A program made the translations under genes and the position numbers. The notes under the pieces were generated by a model that had not been told where the DNA came from, ran no database searches, and saw only the letters and a list, made by a program, of their open reading frames with translations. Below are positions 38,724 through 50,219 of a stretch of DNA of 64,000 nt, in pieces (position 1 is the stretch's first letter; each line of letters starts with the position of its first letter). Source of the stretch: Trichosphaerium sp. ATCC 40318 (taxonomy: Eukaryota > Protista > Tubulinea); contig JALMLS010000027.1 of NCBI GenBank assembly GCA_038496445.1, forward strand, positions 124,001 to 188,000, in the 5' to 3' direction.

Positions 38724-41037
38724 ATGGCAGTGCTGGTTTCTAAGGCTTCAAAAATATCGTTAGAAGACACCACTACAGAGGTCACTGTCCCAAACGATGA
38801 CATCGCAAATCTTATGTAAGGCTAGCAAAGCAACAAAACGGTTCGTTTAATAAGTCCTCAATTTAGGTACTATCTACACTGTATCAACTGTTGTTTGCAA
38901 GATTTTGAACCAAACCCACAATGGCAAAGATTATTAGACTACAAAAGATCCTATGAGCTTAATGAGAGCGAAAAACAACTTGTAGTTCTTTTGTGTGGAG
39001 TACTGTCACCTCAGAAACTACTGGGTATGTTTTCCACAATATTTTTGGAATTACCGTTTTTTTTTAATCAAAGCTATTTCTAGGGCTCGTAATCTTCGCG
39101 CTACCCGACAATCACCCTTCTTTTGACGGTTTTTCAAACAGATTCTACAAAATTACAGAAGCCAGTCACGTGCTCGCTGCTGGCGCATGCGCGAATACAA
39201 CTGTTGTTGTAGAAGAACAAAACGTTAAAATTGCCAAGTTCATGACGTTTAAAAGTTTTTGGTTGAGGAAGCATTACATTAACCCAATGCAGAGTCAAAT
39301 GTTCAGAATAACACAGGGAGAAACTGATCATAGACACTCAAATTATAGGTACCTGTTGTGACCGAAAACAACGAACTCATTGACTTATTCCTAGTTCTCG
39401 ATATTCTTCGTCTTCTTTTGCTCCCTCCCTTCGTGAACGTTTTGTTATAAACGAGAGACCTTTTTATAGACGCAGACACAATAAAAGATGCTTGGCATGG
39501 CGACGGTAACCTAAAACAAGACTTACTAAAAGAACTGTTGACAGCATTAGAGCGAATAAGTACACTAAAATGGGTGTACTACTTTTGATTTTACTGCTTG
39601 TCGCTGGCTTGGCTCTGACTGGAGTTGTTCTTTTCACTATGTTCGTACAACAACCATGTATTATAGCATGTACGTATTAATACATAACCACGTGGCTCCT
39701 AATGGTTAATCTCAAGCACATCATGTCACAAAAGAAAATCATGTCTTTACCTTATTAAACCCAAAATCCGGGAAGGAACAATATAAAATTAAGACAAATG
39801 ACAAGTATTCTCAACCTTCGAGTTTCATACTACACAACGGTGAAATAATTACTGCATCTACAAAAGTATGGAATCTATGCCACCTTGTTAAAGTGCTAAT
39901 TTCAATTTATAGGTTGGTTATGCTAGCAGAACCATTAAGCTATTTCACTTGATGAGAAAAAGAATAAACAATTGGTTCTTCTCAGATTTTTCCGAATTCA
40001 CGGTACGTCTCGTGCTCTTCGCCTTGCAATTTGCTTTACAAATTAAATATATTGCAGACTACATCGAGCTATGATTCAGTATTTTTATCCACAAGTGGTA
40101 ACCTACTGTACATCGGATACCTAGAAAAGCCAAATTACGTTGTGGACAAAATCTCGATACAGTTACCAACCAAAGCACAAAGTGTTGCGAGTCTTTCCGC
40201 AAACGAAACTATTTCCATGATTCAAGCAACAGAGGACTATGTATTCTTTATATCGAGCAATAGCGTTCATGCTTATGATCAAAATGGTAAGCACTCTTTT
40301 TTTTTGATGTTTTGTAGGTTAATTTCTGAGTTCAAGTTTAACGCTTGTAGGCGCTGTATCAACACAAGATATCCCATGTACAAACCCAAAATACAAAGGG
40401 ATAACCGTAGATGATCAAGTAGAAAATACTTTCTTTATGGCATATTCATGCGATAACGAACCGCGATTGTTTTATGTAGATGGTAAAACTCTGTCGCAGA
40501 TAAGGTAACAACTCCAAGTGATCATCATTTTAATAAATAAACAAGGATGCCTCTTTGGAATGGGACTACAGAAGTCCAAATAGTAGACTTGGCGAATGGT
40601 CAAGGAGATAATAAGTATAACTTGGTGTGGTGTAACATTACAACGCTTAATTGTTTTTTGAACCACATCACCTATCTTCACTCTGGTACTTTAGTTTTTT
40701 ATCTCAGTATGTTCTTACCTCTCTTTAGAAAATACCATCACAATTGATGACTCTCCAAAAATGATACCGTTGAGTTACACTAATCTACGTTCGATTGAAT
40801 ATGACACTGATTGTAGTACGCCAAAAAATCCAGCTCAAGTTATTTTTTTCTGTTGTTTTTCTTTGATAACGGCCCACGTGGGTCTTAAATTAACACAACC
40901 ACCTAGCATTTCTAGGGATTATGGACGATATTTTAAAATACGGGTTCATGGTCTCTTTATCTATGGTGTTGTTTTTTGGGATATGTTGTTGCTGTATTGG
41001 AAGATGTAAAGGAAAACGTAAAGTTGCTCGATACTAA
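38724..41037 (+). CDS. Uncharacterised two-TM membrane protein: globular N-terminal domain, TM, ~300-aa beta-rich loop, TM, Cys/basic tail
   Basis: Exons join in phase: DDIANLMYYLHCINCCL..WLRKHYINPM, TM1 MGVLLLILLLVAGLALTGVVLFTMFV, TM2 YGFMVSLSMVLFFGICCCCIG, tail RCKGKRKVARY*. Confidence 0.65.
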
Positions 41038-41211
41038 GCCTTTGAATAATAATAAAACAGGCTTTATTGTTTAGTACAGTTATGCTAAGAACTATGTTGA
41101 CGCTTAAGAATGCATTCTAGCCAGTGTCTAAAATACTAAATTTAGCGTGAATTTCGCCGTTTTCTAATTGTAATTCTTCATAGAAACACCCAACGGACAC
41201 CACAACTCATA

Positions 41212-44042
41212 ATGCAAGCTTCCGGAGAATCTCATAATGGTACGTGATGCCAGGTGACCACACTTTGGTTTGCTGTACATACATACCCGTTTGATGGGTC
41301 CCAAAACATCGTAAAACCCGATTTGTGGGCGTATTGAAAGCGGTTAAAACATACTTCACCTTACATTAATTTGCTCTAATTTATTATAGGCCGGTACGCC
41401 TTTTTAAGACAATACAGAGGGCTTTTACGTCAACCAGCAACGGAATTCACCGTAGTTTTGTTATTTGTAGATTTAACTTTCTTGTTGTTAAATCAGTACG
41501 ACACTAATACATACTATAGACCACTCGCTACGCGTTTGGCCAGGCTTGGCACAGAAACTGCCTACAAAATCTCAGGTAACCACTAAACCGAACGTACACT
41601 GCGGCGACCTTCTAACACGTCCATAGAAGAGGCAGCCCAGCGTAAAAGCAAAGGTTTAGTGACATACAATTATCACATTGGTGACTTGAACTTTAATACT
41701 CCGAAAGTAGTTAAACAAGGTATGCACAAAAACCCTTCACCCCTAAAAAAAAGAAAAACTTTTTACGTACATTTATTGACCTACTTTCTCTAGCTCTTCT
41801 CAAAGCTGTTGAATCTAATAAAACCGGCTATTGCGCAGCCTCTGGAGTTCCTGAGGTACTATATTAAGAGATTTACGCGAGTTTAACTCTTTTAGTTCCG
41901 CACAGCGCTCGCAAAACATATTGGTGAAAATAGAGGCGTAGAATATAGTATGGAGAATGTCTCCGTTCAATCAGGCAAGTTTACGGACATTTTTTTCTGA
42001 AATTAAAAGCGCAATAATTAAAAGCAAAAAAAAAGTTTGACATTTGCTTTGTAGGTGGAAAGCCTGTCATCATGAAATTTTTGTCATGTGTCATGAATCC
42101 AGGAGATAGCGTTATGTATCCCACACCAGGATATCCAATTTATGAATCTCAAATTAAATACCTTGGTGCGTATAAACCATTGTGGAAGACCTGTAGACTT
42201 CTCGCTTTTTGAACATTTTTTTTTTGACTTTCGAGTCTTTAGTCTGTATGTCCTAGTAAGGGCTTTGTAGTAACTCATTAAATTGCTCATGTGTTATATT
42301 TAGGTGGTAAACCACTTCCTTATAGCATTGAACAAACTGATTCTGGATTCCGTATCAATCTCGATCATTTTAGGGAAAATGCCAAAAAAGCAAAGGTTCT
42401 CATTTACAATAATTATCAGAATCCAACTGGTATTGCCTCTTCGCCTGAAGAGATGCAAGGTACGCAACAATTTAGCTTAAGCACTAAAAAGTAAAATCAC
42501 TTTTTGTCAAAACTCCCACTGCGTGATCTATTGCTTGTAAGCGGTATTCTCGCTTCCTTGTATCAAAACAAAGCATTATAGCTCTGTTGCTTTTATTTTC
42601 CTCAAAGAAAAAATAAAAACTTTCACCGCTTGATGAGCGCTAACCTAAACCCTTCAGAAATCGCAAAAATTGCTGTAGAACATAATATGTGGGTCCTTTC
42701 GGATGAAGCTTACTTTGACTTGGTTTATGGTATGTTTTGTTTCAAAATCCGACTTCAAGAATGTCAAATACTGCCGATGCCTTCTTATTAATTCGTATTG
42801 CGTACCTTATTGTATTGTAGAGCAAGAGAAACGTAGTATTGTTGCTCTACCTGGCATGAAAGAACGTACTATTATCCTACACACATTTTCGAAGTCATGG
42901 GCCATGGTAAGACATCGCTATAATGCGAAGACCACCAACAATTATATTTGGCTTCTAACTTTTCTTTACCAGACTGGTTGGCGTCTTGGTGCTGCTATTG
43001 GACCAACAAGCGTTATAAATATGATAAACAAACTCAACACAAACGATGAGGTAACTACAGTTAAAATAGCGTGAAGCTTAACTAACTTGCTTCTTAAGGC
43101 CTGCACAACCCACTTTATTCAATACGCAGGTATTTCCTGCTTTACAGACGAAGCCAAATGCTTTATTAATGATCTTGTGGCTGAACTTAAAAAGCGCAGA
43201 GATGCAGTACGTTCAAACCATTGCAGTCTTGATTAAGAAAGAAATTTCAAAAAAACTCCACGTGGTTTTGCACTTTGACCTTTTTTTATCTAATTCTTGT
43301 ATGTAGTTCGTGCGAGGCATCAACACAATTCCAGGATTTAAAGCGTTCCCTCCACAGGCAGCTTTTTACCTATTCGTCAATTGCACAAAGGTACTAACTG
43401 CACTGTTAACGTTTTGTTTCTCTCTTCATTTTTGTTTTTTTTTTTTGATCATTTAAAAAAACATACATCAGAAAAACATTGTGATACTTACGCGCAGTTT
43501 TGATTCTAAAATAATCTCAATGTTTTTCGTTTTCTTTTGTTTTTTTTGTTTTTTTGGCTTGATTGTTTGTTTACTAACGTATGATGCAGGCTATGCAGAT
43601 GTGCGGTTGTGATTCTGTTGAAGAGTTTCGTAAACTTATGGCTGAGGAAACAGGTGTTATGGTATGCACTAGAGAGCACTTTGGAACGCCTCTTGATGGA
43701 GAGAAAGAAAAATACATTCGGTACGTTACTGTTTTTATTTTTGCCATAAACCTGCGACACTTCTGTCACTTTTCATTCAAAACTGTTATAACTCCGATGA
43801 GTGTGTTCGGTTTTTATGTACACACATTATCTTGTGTTCGGGTAAAAAAATGCCAAAGTTAACAATAAGATTTGTCAAAGTCACTTTTTTTTTGTTTTTT
43901 TTAACCCGATCTTTTTTTATATCGTACTGATTGTTTGCTTTATTACAGATTCGCGTATTCATCTGTTGATATCCCATTAATAAATAAGGGCGTAGAAGTC
44001 CTACACGCATGGATGACATCCAAAGCTAAAGACAGCGCATAG
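41212..44042 (+). CDS. Class I/II PLP aminotransferase, prokaryote-type aspartate aminotransferase (subgroup I-beta)
   Basis: LARLGTETAY, HIGDLNFNTP, GYCAASGVPE, GGKPVI, YPTPGYPIYESQI, NNYQNPTG, LSDEAY, TFSKSWAMTGWRLG, YIRFAYS. N-terminal exons uncertain. Confidence 0.92.
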
Positions 44043-44936
44043 TCCCAAACATATCCGAGACTCAACCAAGTGGTTGCTAAAAACAGAAAAGAGAAAGAAA
44101 AAAACTTGTAAAAACTTTCTTCGCAAAAAAAAACCAACACAAAACGAAACAAATAAACGTTCAGCAAAACCTTACTGTATAAAAAACACTTTCGTAGACG
44201 CTCACAATCCACTACACTATCTGTTTTTTAGTTCATATCTGGATGCAATCTGCATAGAGGGCGAAAAAGCCATCCTATTATTGAATGTGAGCCGACCTTA
44301 TTTTGGTCTTAGTGTTTGCTTGTTGGTTTAAAAAATATAGGAACTATACAGGACCAGACTGGTAGTTCTAGTATTTTTTTAAGGGAACCCAATAGCAACA
44401 AAGGGTTTGTCGAAACGGCATAGTATTAATTCAAAAAGTCCTTCTGTAGATGGTGTACGAAGCTACAGGAGTTTAACACGGACCGTTCTGGACGTAAAAC
44501 TAAAACTAGTTCTTCAAAACGGCAAACCTTCAATGCTTCTTACAAACCACATCCAAAACCAAATCTTGGACGTCCATGTGCGTTGGGTACTATTCTAAAT
44601 TACTAAAAAGTTGAAAATTTGTTTCAAAAAAGTGAGTGCCGTTAGGAACGGTGTTGAAGTTTAAACACGTGCTAGTTAGATCGGTTTGCTATTTATACCG
44701 CTAGTTATGGCTTATTGAACCATGTACTAAAGCAAGTTCTATGTGATTCCGTACGCAAGATATCTTTAAACCGGCTCGCGCTTTTTAGGGCTTGTCACGT
44801 TTAAAACAAGATAAATCGGAGATTCGTACTTTTTTTTGTTTTTTGTGTCTCTGGAGTTCATAACCCGGAGTTTGGTGAGCGTTTAAGTCCAAGTTGTGGT
44901 TAAAAAGGGTATCATTTACATTGTTAAAAAACAAAG

Positions 44937-45481
44937 ATGAGCACTAAAGCAAGAACACAAACATTCCCTCCTGGACCTACAAAAGGTGGAGGTGATACAA
45001 TGATGTTTCAGTTCAAGATAAATAGACAAGTAAGTTGAAATACGCCTTTATTTAGGCGTAAATAATTGAAAGAAAATAAAACCAAAGCGAAAAAGATTTT
45101 CGGCCACGTGTTTTATTTGTTTGTCGACAAACTTTTTTTTTGCTTTTAGAAATTTCCTGTTTGGTATTTTATCATGTATTGGAGCTCATTGTTATTGTTA
45201 GTGCCCAGTCTACTTTTGCGCAAAGGGTTGGAGAAAGCGAAATCCGTCGTGGGAGTTTCGAAACACATCTTGCGATGCAAATCTATTAAGACGCTGGTGT
45301 ACGTATTCTTTACAGTTGAGCTCTCAATCTGAAAGCAAAAGGAGATATTTGTTTGCCATTGTTTTTTTTTCTTTTTTTTTTGAACCCAATCTAACTTTCA
45401 ATAGATAATGCTCAACAAAATCAGGATGCCAGTGAAGGCAGAATGGACGTTGGCTTCCTTCTCTTGCGACAACGCCATTGA
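44937..45481 (+). CDS. Putative small three-exon protein (~88 aa)
   Basis: ATG plus two phase-compatible GT-AG introns (GTAAGT and GTACGT donors) give MSTKARTQ..CPVYFCAKGW..RMDVGFLLLRQRH*. No recognised family. Confidence 0.4.
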
Positions 45482-45900
45482 TGAAACAGAGGACTCTCTT
45501 TTTTTTTTGAACTTGTAAATAAAAAAATAAATAAAAAAGATCTTATCCAATACGCAACGTTTTAATCACGTGACTAAATACTACTACAAAAAAAAGCCAA
45601 AAATAAACACCTACGCTATTATTTGAAGGAAAAAATAAATTTGTTTGACGCCTAAGTAGCGGGAGATTTGCTTACGCAAAAGCTAGCGTACCATAGCAGT
45701 GAGATGATTTCTAAGGTGTTTTCGGCATTATCAATACACAATCTCAGCTTGCTGACGTAAAATTTGCTGAAACACTATGCGGTGCGTTAAAGCGTCATTA
45801 CGTGCTAAAAAATAAAAAGTTCTTTATACCATGAGTCAACGTAGATCTTGTTTTTCACGATTTATTGGGTTATCCCAGCGTTAACCGTTTGACTAACCAC

Positions 45901-46342
45901 ATGTTACCAACTCTCTCAAGAGTACGTCCTACTAAGGTTGAACAAATACAACATTAATTGTAAACAGCACGTGATCTTAGCAGTATTACTCTTTTCGTGT
46001 TGTTTCTGTTTCATCCTAGCACAACAGAATATAACCATGGAGTGTGGCTTCTATAATTCTAAAAGTGATTGTTTATCTGGAACAAACAGCGTTGCTGTGC
46101 ATAACTTTACGTGGGCTCAGGACTTCTTGTGCTATAGAACAAAGATAGCAGTCGGAAACGAGACTATTACAAGTTATAGATGGTGCAGTACATGTGGAGC
46201 CTCTTTTTTCTTATGCACCGGTCCGTATTGCCATAGTAGTTGCTCAACCGCAGATTGTGAAGAACCAGACTCTAAAGGCATGTATTATACAGGATGCAAC
46301 GCCGGTCCACCAGAATACACCTCTGATGTCTCTATACAATAG
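45901..46342 (+). CDS. Small secreted cysteine-rich protein
   Basis: Exon 1 MLPTLSR, GTACGT intron, hydrophobic signal HVILAVLLFSCCFCFILA, mature region of ~105 aa with 10 Cys and N-glycosylation sequons. Confidence 0.7.
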
Positions 46343-46429
46343 ATTCATGGCTATAAACTTACTTGTAATTCGCAGAGTAAAGCTCCTTTCATTCAATAGT
46401 GAGTTATTTCGTATTCCTCTATGTTTTTA

Positions 46430-47992
46430 TTAATCTGTAACAGTAATGATATCTGACTTTGGAACTTTTGCAAAGTATCTGTCATAGTCATATTGTCGTG
46501 TATTTGTTCGACTCGGGTCACCTATATACATAGGTTAAAATGCATTGACCAACATATAGGAGAAAAAAAAAACATACCAATCTTATAGAATACAAAAACA
46601 AGGTAAAATCCAGCAACTTCCCAGTTGTTTTCTGGCATTGTTCCAGCTGCATTTAGGACTTTCATTCTGAATACAAGTTAAATACAAGTAATGATATTTA
46701 CTCAACTACGGAAATAAATTTTTCGTGACGACTGGAAGTAAGAACCAAATTGACAGTTTTTTTTCTTGATGACATTGCTTTGACTTTACCTTCTCATGAG
46801 AGTCTTGTGTTGTGGGTTTGACACGTTAGTTTTATAAAATTCATGGAATGTTGGCTTTGCCACTAGTTCTAATCCATACTCCTTTGCTAACCTTCGAATC
46901 GTAAGACACAGAAATTGAGAAAATGGAGACGAAAAAATCGAAATTTCTTGAAAAAAGAAATCAAGAATGTAAGGACTGTTCTTAGCCTCTTATCAGATGC
47001 TGTAACTTACCTTACTAGCGTTGGAAAATGTACAAGGTATTCAGGTGCATCTACTGCACCATGTAGGTAGAACTGATATTTACAACCAAAAGGCGTAAAG
47101 AGTGAACTATCTTTGCTTGCGAATTTTTCTTCAAAAGTCACTTTATAAACATCATTACCAAATGATAGACCATCAACACTTCTCAGCTTCTTACTACGCT
47201 TTGTTAACAACTAAGAATATAGCTCGCATTTTAGTCCGTACACTATCCAGTTAGCATTAGGTGTAGTCCTAGAAATTGACAATCTGTTAACATTGAAAAA
47301 AAAGAGCAAAAGTAAATTTCTGAATAAGTACCCAAGAAACATCCCTCCAGGCCTCAAACTACTCGTTACATTTGACAAGAATGTTCTACAACGTTCCTAG
47401 TCTGGTGTTATGTGAAATAAACGGCAAAGAAAAGTACAATTGTTTTGCACAAAAGGGTAATGATTGACTCAATGCAACGCACTTCTGTTTCAAAAGCATA
47501 GTGGAGGGCGAATTGGCAGGAAACTACGTCAAATTTTACGTTCAAGTCCATAAGCGCTTTCTCAAAGCTTGTCTGCGCGCGTGAGTTACATTATAAGGCC
47601 AACGAGAATAATAGTACCTTACAGCAATCTGCTATCACAAAATTGGCTGAAAATGGCGGTCTGCCTTTGTTTAGTAGGTTGTAACGCTCAACAGCCGTTT
47701 CAACAGATTTTTCAGCGATATCTAATAAAAACACAATTAGACTACGTGAGCTTGGTTTAATACGCGCACCAGCAAGTACTAGATGATCTATTCTACCTTT
47801 CAAGAATTTTTTTAAATCACCGCCTTTACCAGCGCAAACATCCAGGACAACAAAGCCTTGCTTCAAGTACTTGTTTAACAGTACGCTTTTGATCCAATTG
47901 TTGAAATTACGTAAATGAATAATAGGGGACCTATTCCTCTCGTCTAATGACTGCGACGCTCTACTATTATAGTGACGTGCTATTTGAGACAT
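46430..47992 (-). CDS. RNMT: mRNA cap guanine-N7 methyltransferase
   Basis: ARHYN, SPIIHLRNFNNWIKSVL, VLDVCAGKGGDLKK, FDVVSCQFALHYAFE, FGCKYQFYL..PEYLV. Confidence 0.96.
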
Positions 47993-48250
47993 GTGGCTTT
48001 GCTGTGGAGAACTCAAAAACAGTGGAATTTCGCTGAACTGTAGCAAATGTCTTTAGGCGCTAGTAGGAGCCTCAACAAGAGCGATTAACGTTACTACTGA
48101 TAAGACGTGAGGCAGAAGCAAATACGGGGCGGCTATTGCGTGCACAGTAATTTCCATACGAATAGTAGAGAATTACTTGTTTTGGATCCAGTAAAATAAA
48201 CAGGTCTTTTGACCTTTGCTGAACTCTCTTTTGTAGTATACAATTCCATT

Positions 48251-49100
48251 ATGGCAGGCGCTTCTTCGATTGTTATCATTGTTTTGTCCGTTTTAGCAAT
48301 GGTAAGAGTTGCAAACTTTGAGAAAAAACTAACTAAACCTCATAGTTCTTCTCCATTATCATCATTGGTATAGAGAGTAAACGCAAGGATGGTACAACTT
48401 ACTTGCCCTTATTTGTATTTTTTTCGGCTACCTTTCTCTGTAGGAGCTTGCGATGCGGCACAATGTCCTGAAGGTTTAGGTAAACGATCATCTAGCGACT
48501 TTGAGGCTGGATATGGGTACACACCTTTAAAACAACACCGGAACCATATCTAACGCTGTTCAAGAATATTTGGAGCACTTGGGATACTTATTATGTCAGT
48601 TTTTGCGTACGTATTTCGAAAAACACCTGACACAACCTCACGCATCGTTTAACTCCCATCTAGACTTCTCATTGCGATCTTTGATGGATTCAAGAGTAAA
48701 GTTTTCTCAGTTGTTGTACGCTAGCGATAAGAGTTGCACTTGAACTCTTCTTTGCATTTCTATTCAAAACTTCTCACAACTTCTCCTTAGTACACAACAG
48801 CACTATTGTTCGTTGGTTTCTTCTTTATTCTAGCAACTGCAACCTTAGCACGTGCGTAATGCTAGTTTTTTAGTATTTTGTTGAGTGACGTTGTGCTGAC
48901 ACATTCTGTTTCTAGTGAGTGTTAGTGGATTAGATGATCGTTCAGGAAATACTACTTCATTCCACAGACTATCTAGAGCTTCACTAGCATTCTTCTACAT
49001 GACAATGCTGGTAGTTTTCCCTAACGCTGCTCTTGTCATTATGGAAACATGTGGAATCGAGATCATGGAAGCTGCAGCTGCAGCAGAAGGAGCAAGCTAG
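48251..49100 (+). CDS. Small four-TM membrane protein (claudin/MARVEL-like topology), family unassigned
   Basis: Spliced exons give about four hydrophobic spans (IVIIVLSVLAMFFSIIIIGI, IFGALGILIMSVFALLIAIF, ALLFVGFFFILATATLA, LAFFYMTMLVVFPNAALVI) with a Cys pair in loop 1. Confidence 0.6.
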
Positions 49101-49168
49101 ACCATAAAAAAAAGACAGAACTGGAGTATAATTGGTTGTTGTAAATACAATAAGGTTTATTTCTAATT

Positions 49169-49507
49169 CTACCAGTCATCATCGCTCTCATCGGAAAACA
49201 ACCCAACACCTTCAAATGAATCAGAGTCTTCTGGTTCTTCTTCATCTTCATCAGCGTCATCGTCATCGTTTGTTGTTTCGATAGGGGCTGGAGCTACAGC
49301 AGTAGCTTGTCTTGTGATAGTTAGTTTCTTCATGCCTTCTGCCAATACTTGTTCGAGATCCTTAGCATTCAAAGTCTTGCAAAGATCTTCAACTTTCCCA
49401 TTGTCAATGTCAGATCCTACTACTTTAAGGATGGATATGACATCGGCAGGGGTTGGTTTTTCATTACCACCGAGTACTGCCAAGAGATAAGCTGCAACGT
49501 ATTTCAT
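49169..49507 (-). CDS. RPLP2: 60S acidic ribosomal protein P2-like, divergent C-terminus
   Basis: MKYVAAYLLAVLGGNEKP..ILKVVG..KDLEQVLAEGMKKL, short Ala hinge, acidic tail ending GVGLFSDESDDDW. Confidence 0.88.
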   Translation of the reverse strand: MKYVAAYLLAVLGGNEKPTPADVISILKVVGSDIDNGKVEDLCKTLNAKDLEQVLAEGMKKLTITRQATAVAPAPIETTNDDDDADEDEEEPEDSDSFEGVGLFSDESDDDW

Positions 49508-50219
49508 TATTGTTGGTTTTTGAGACTTGATAATGCTTGTTACATTTTGCGGAAATTCATTGAATACAAGTATTGTAATCAAATTTACTAAGTTTATTTG
49601 TTCAGAAATTTACGACATATAAAACCTACCTTTAACAGAGAAGGGTTATGTTCATGGCACTAGTTTTAACCAAATTCATGAAATTGTGAAAATTCTACGT
49701 GAGTTCCTCTGTTCAGCATGCTTTTTTCACCTTTTCTTCAAATAACGTTCTCTAGTATTTACTCGAGCCATGGAAAAATAGAAAACTGAGGTATCTTTCA
49801 CTAAAGGCTGAAGAATAAAAAAAGGCATCTACCTTGTATTGCTTTGCAAATCAGTAAGTTGCAAGTTCTTTTTTGGTTGTTACAACAATAGTTTCACTAA
49901 GTACATCAAGTCACAGTGACTATTGACCCTGCTTTATATATACATAAATGTACCAACGGACTCTTGTACTGGAGGCACAGTATCCGCTCTATCCAGGTAC
50001 CAATATTAAAGTGAACAAAGGGTCTAAATTAATACTAACAATACACTTGGATTTTATTTGCTTTTTTGCATTTTATCTTTGATAAAACAAAGCATAGCTT
50101 GGAACTATCGTAGTTGGGTATACAGAATACTTTACAATTAATATTTTACATGTCTACATACACCAGCATGCTCGCAAAAATTAGGAGGACGAGGAAGAAA
50201 AAAAAAATTGCGGCTATGC

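Noticed and set aside
44855-44890. TTCATAACCCGGAG resembling a tRNA-Met anticodon arm
   Set aside because: The anticodon stem pairs poorly, and there is no T-arm GTTCRA or acceptor stem.
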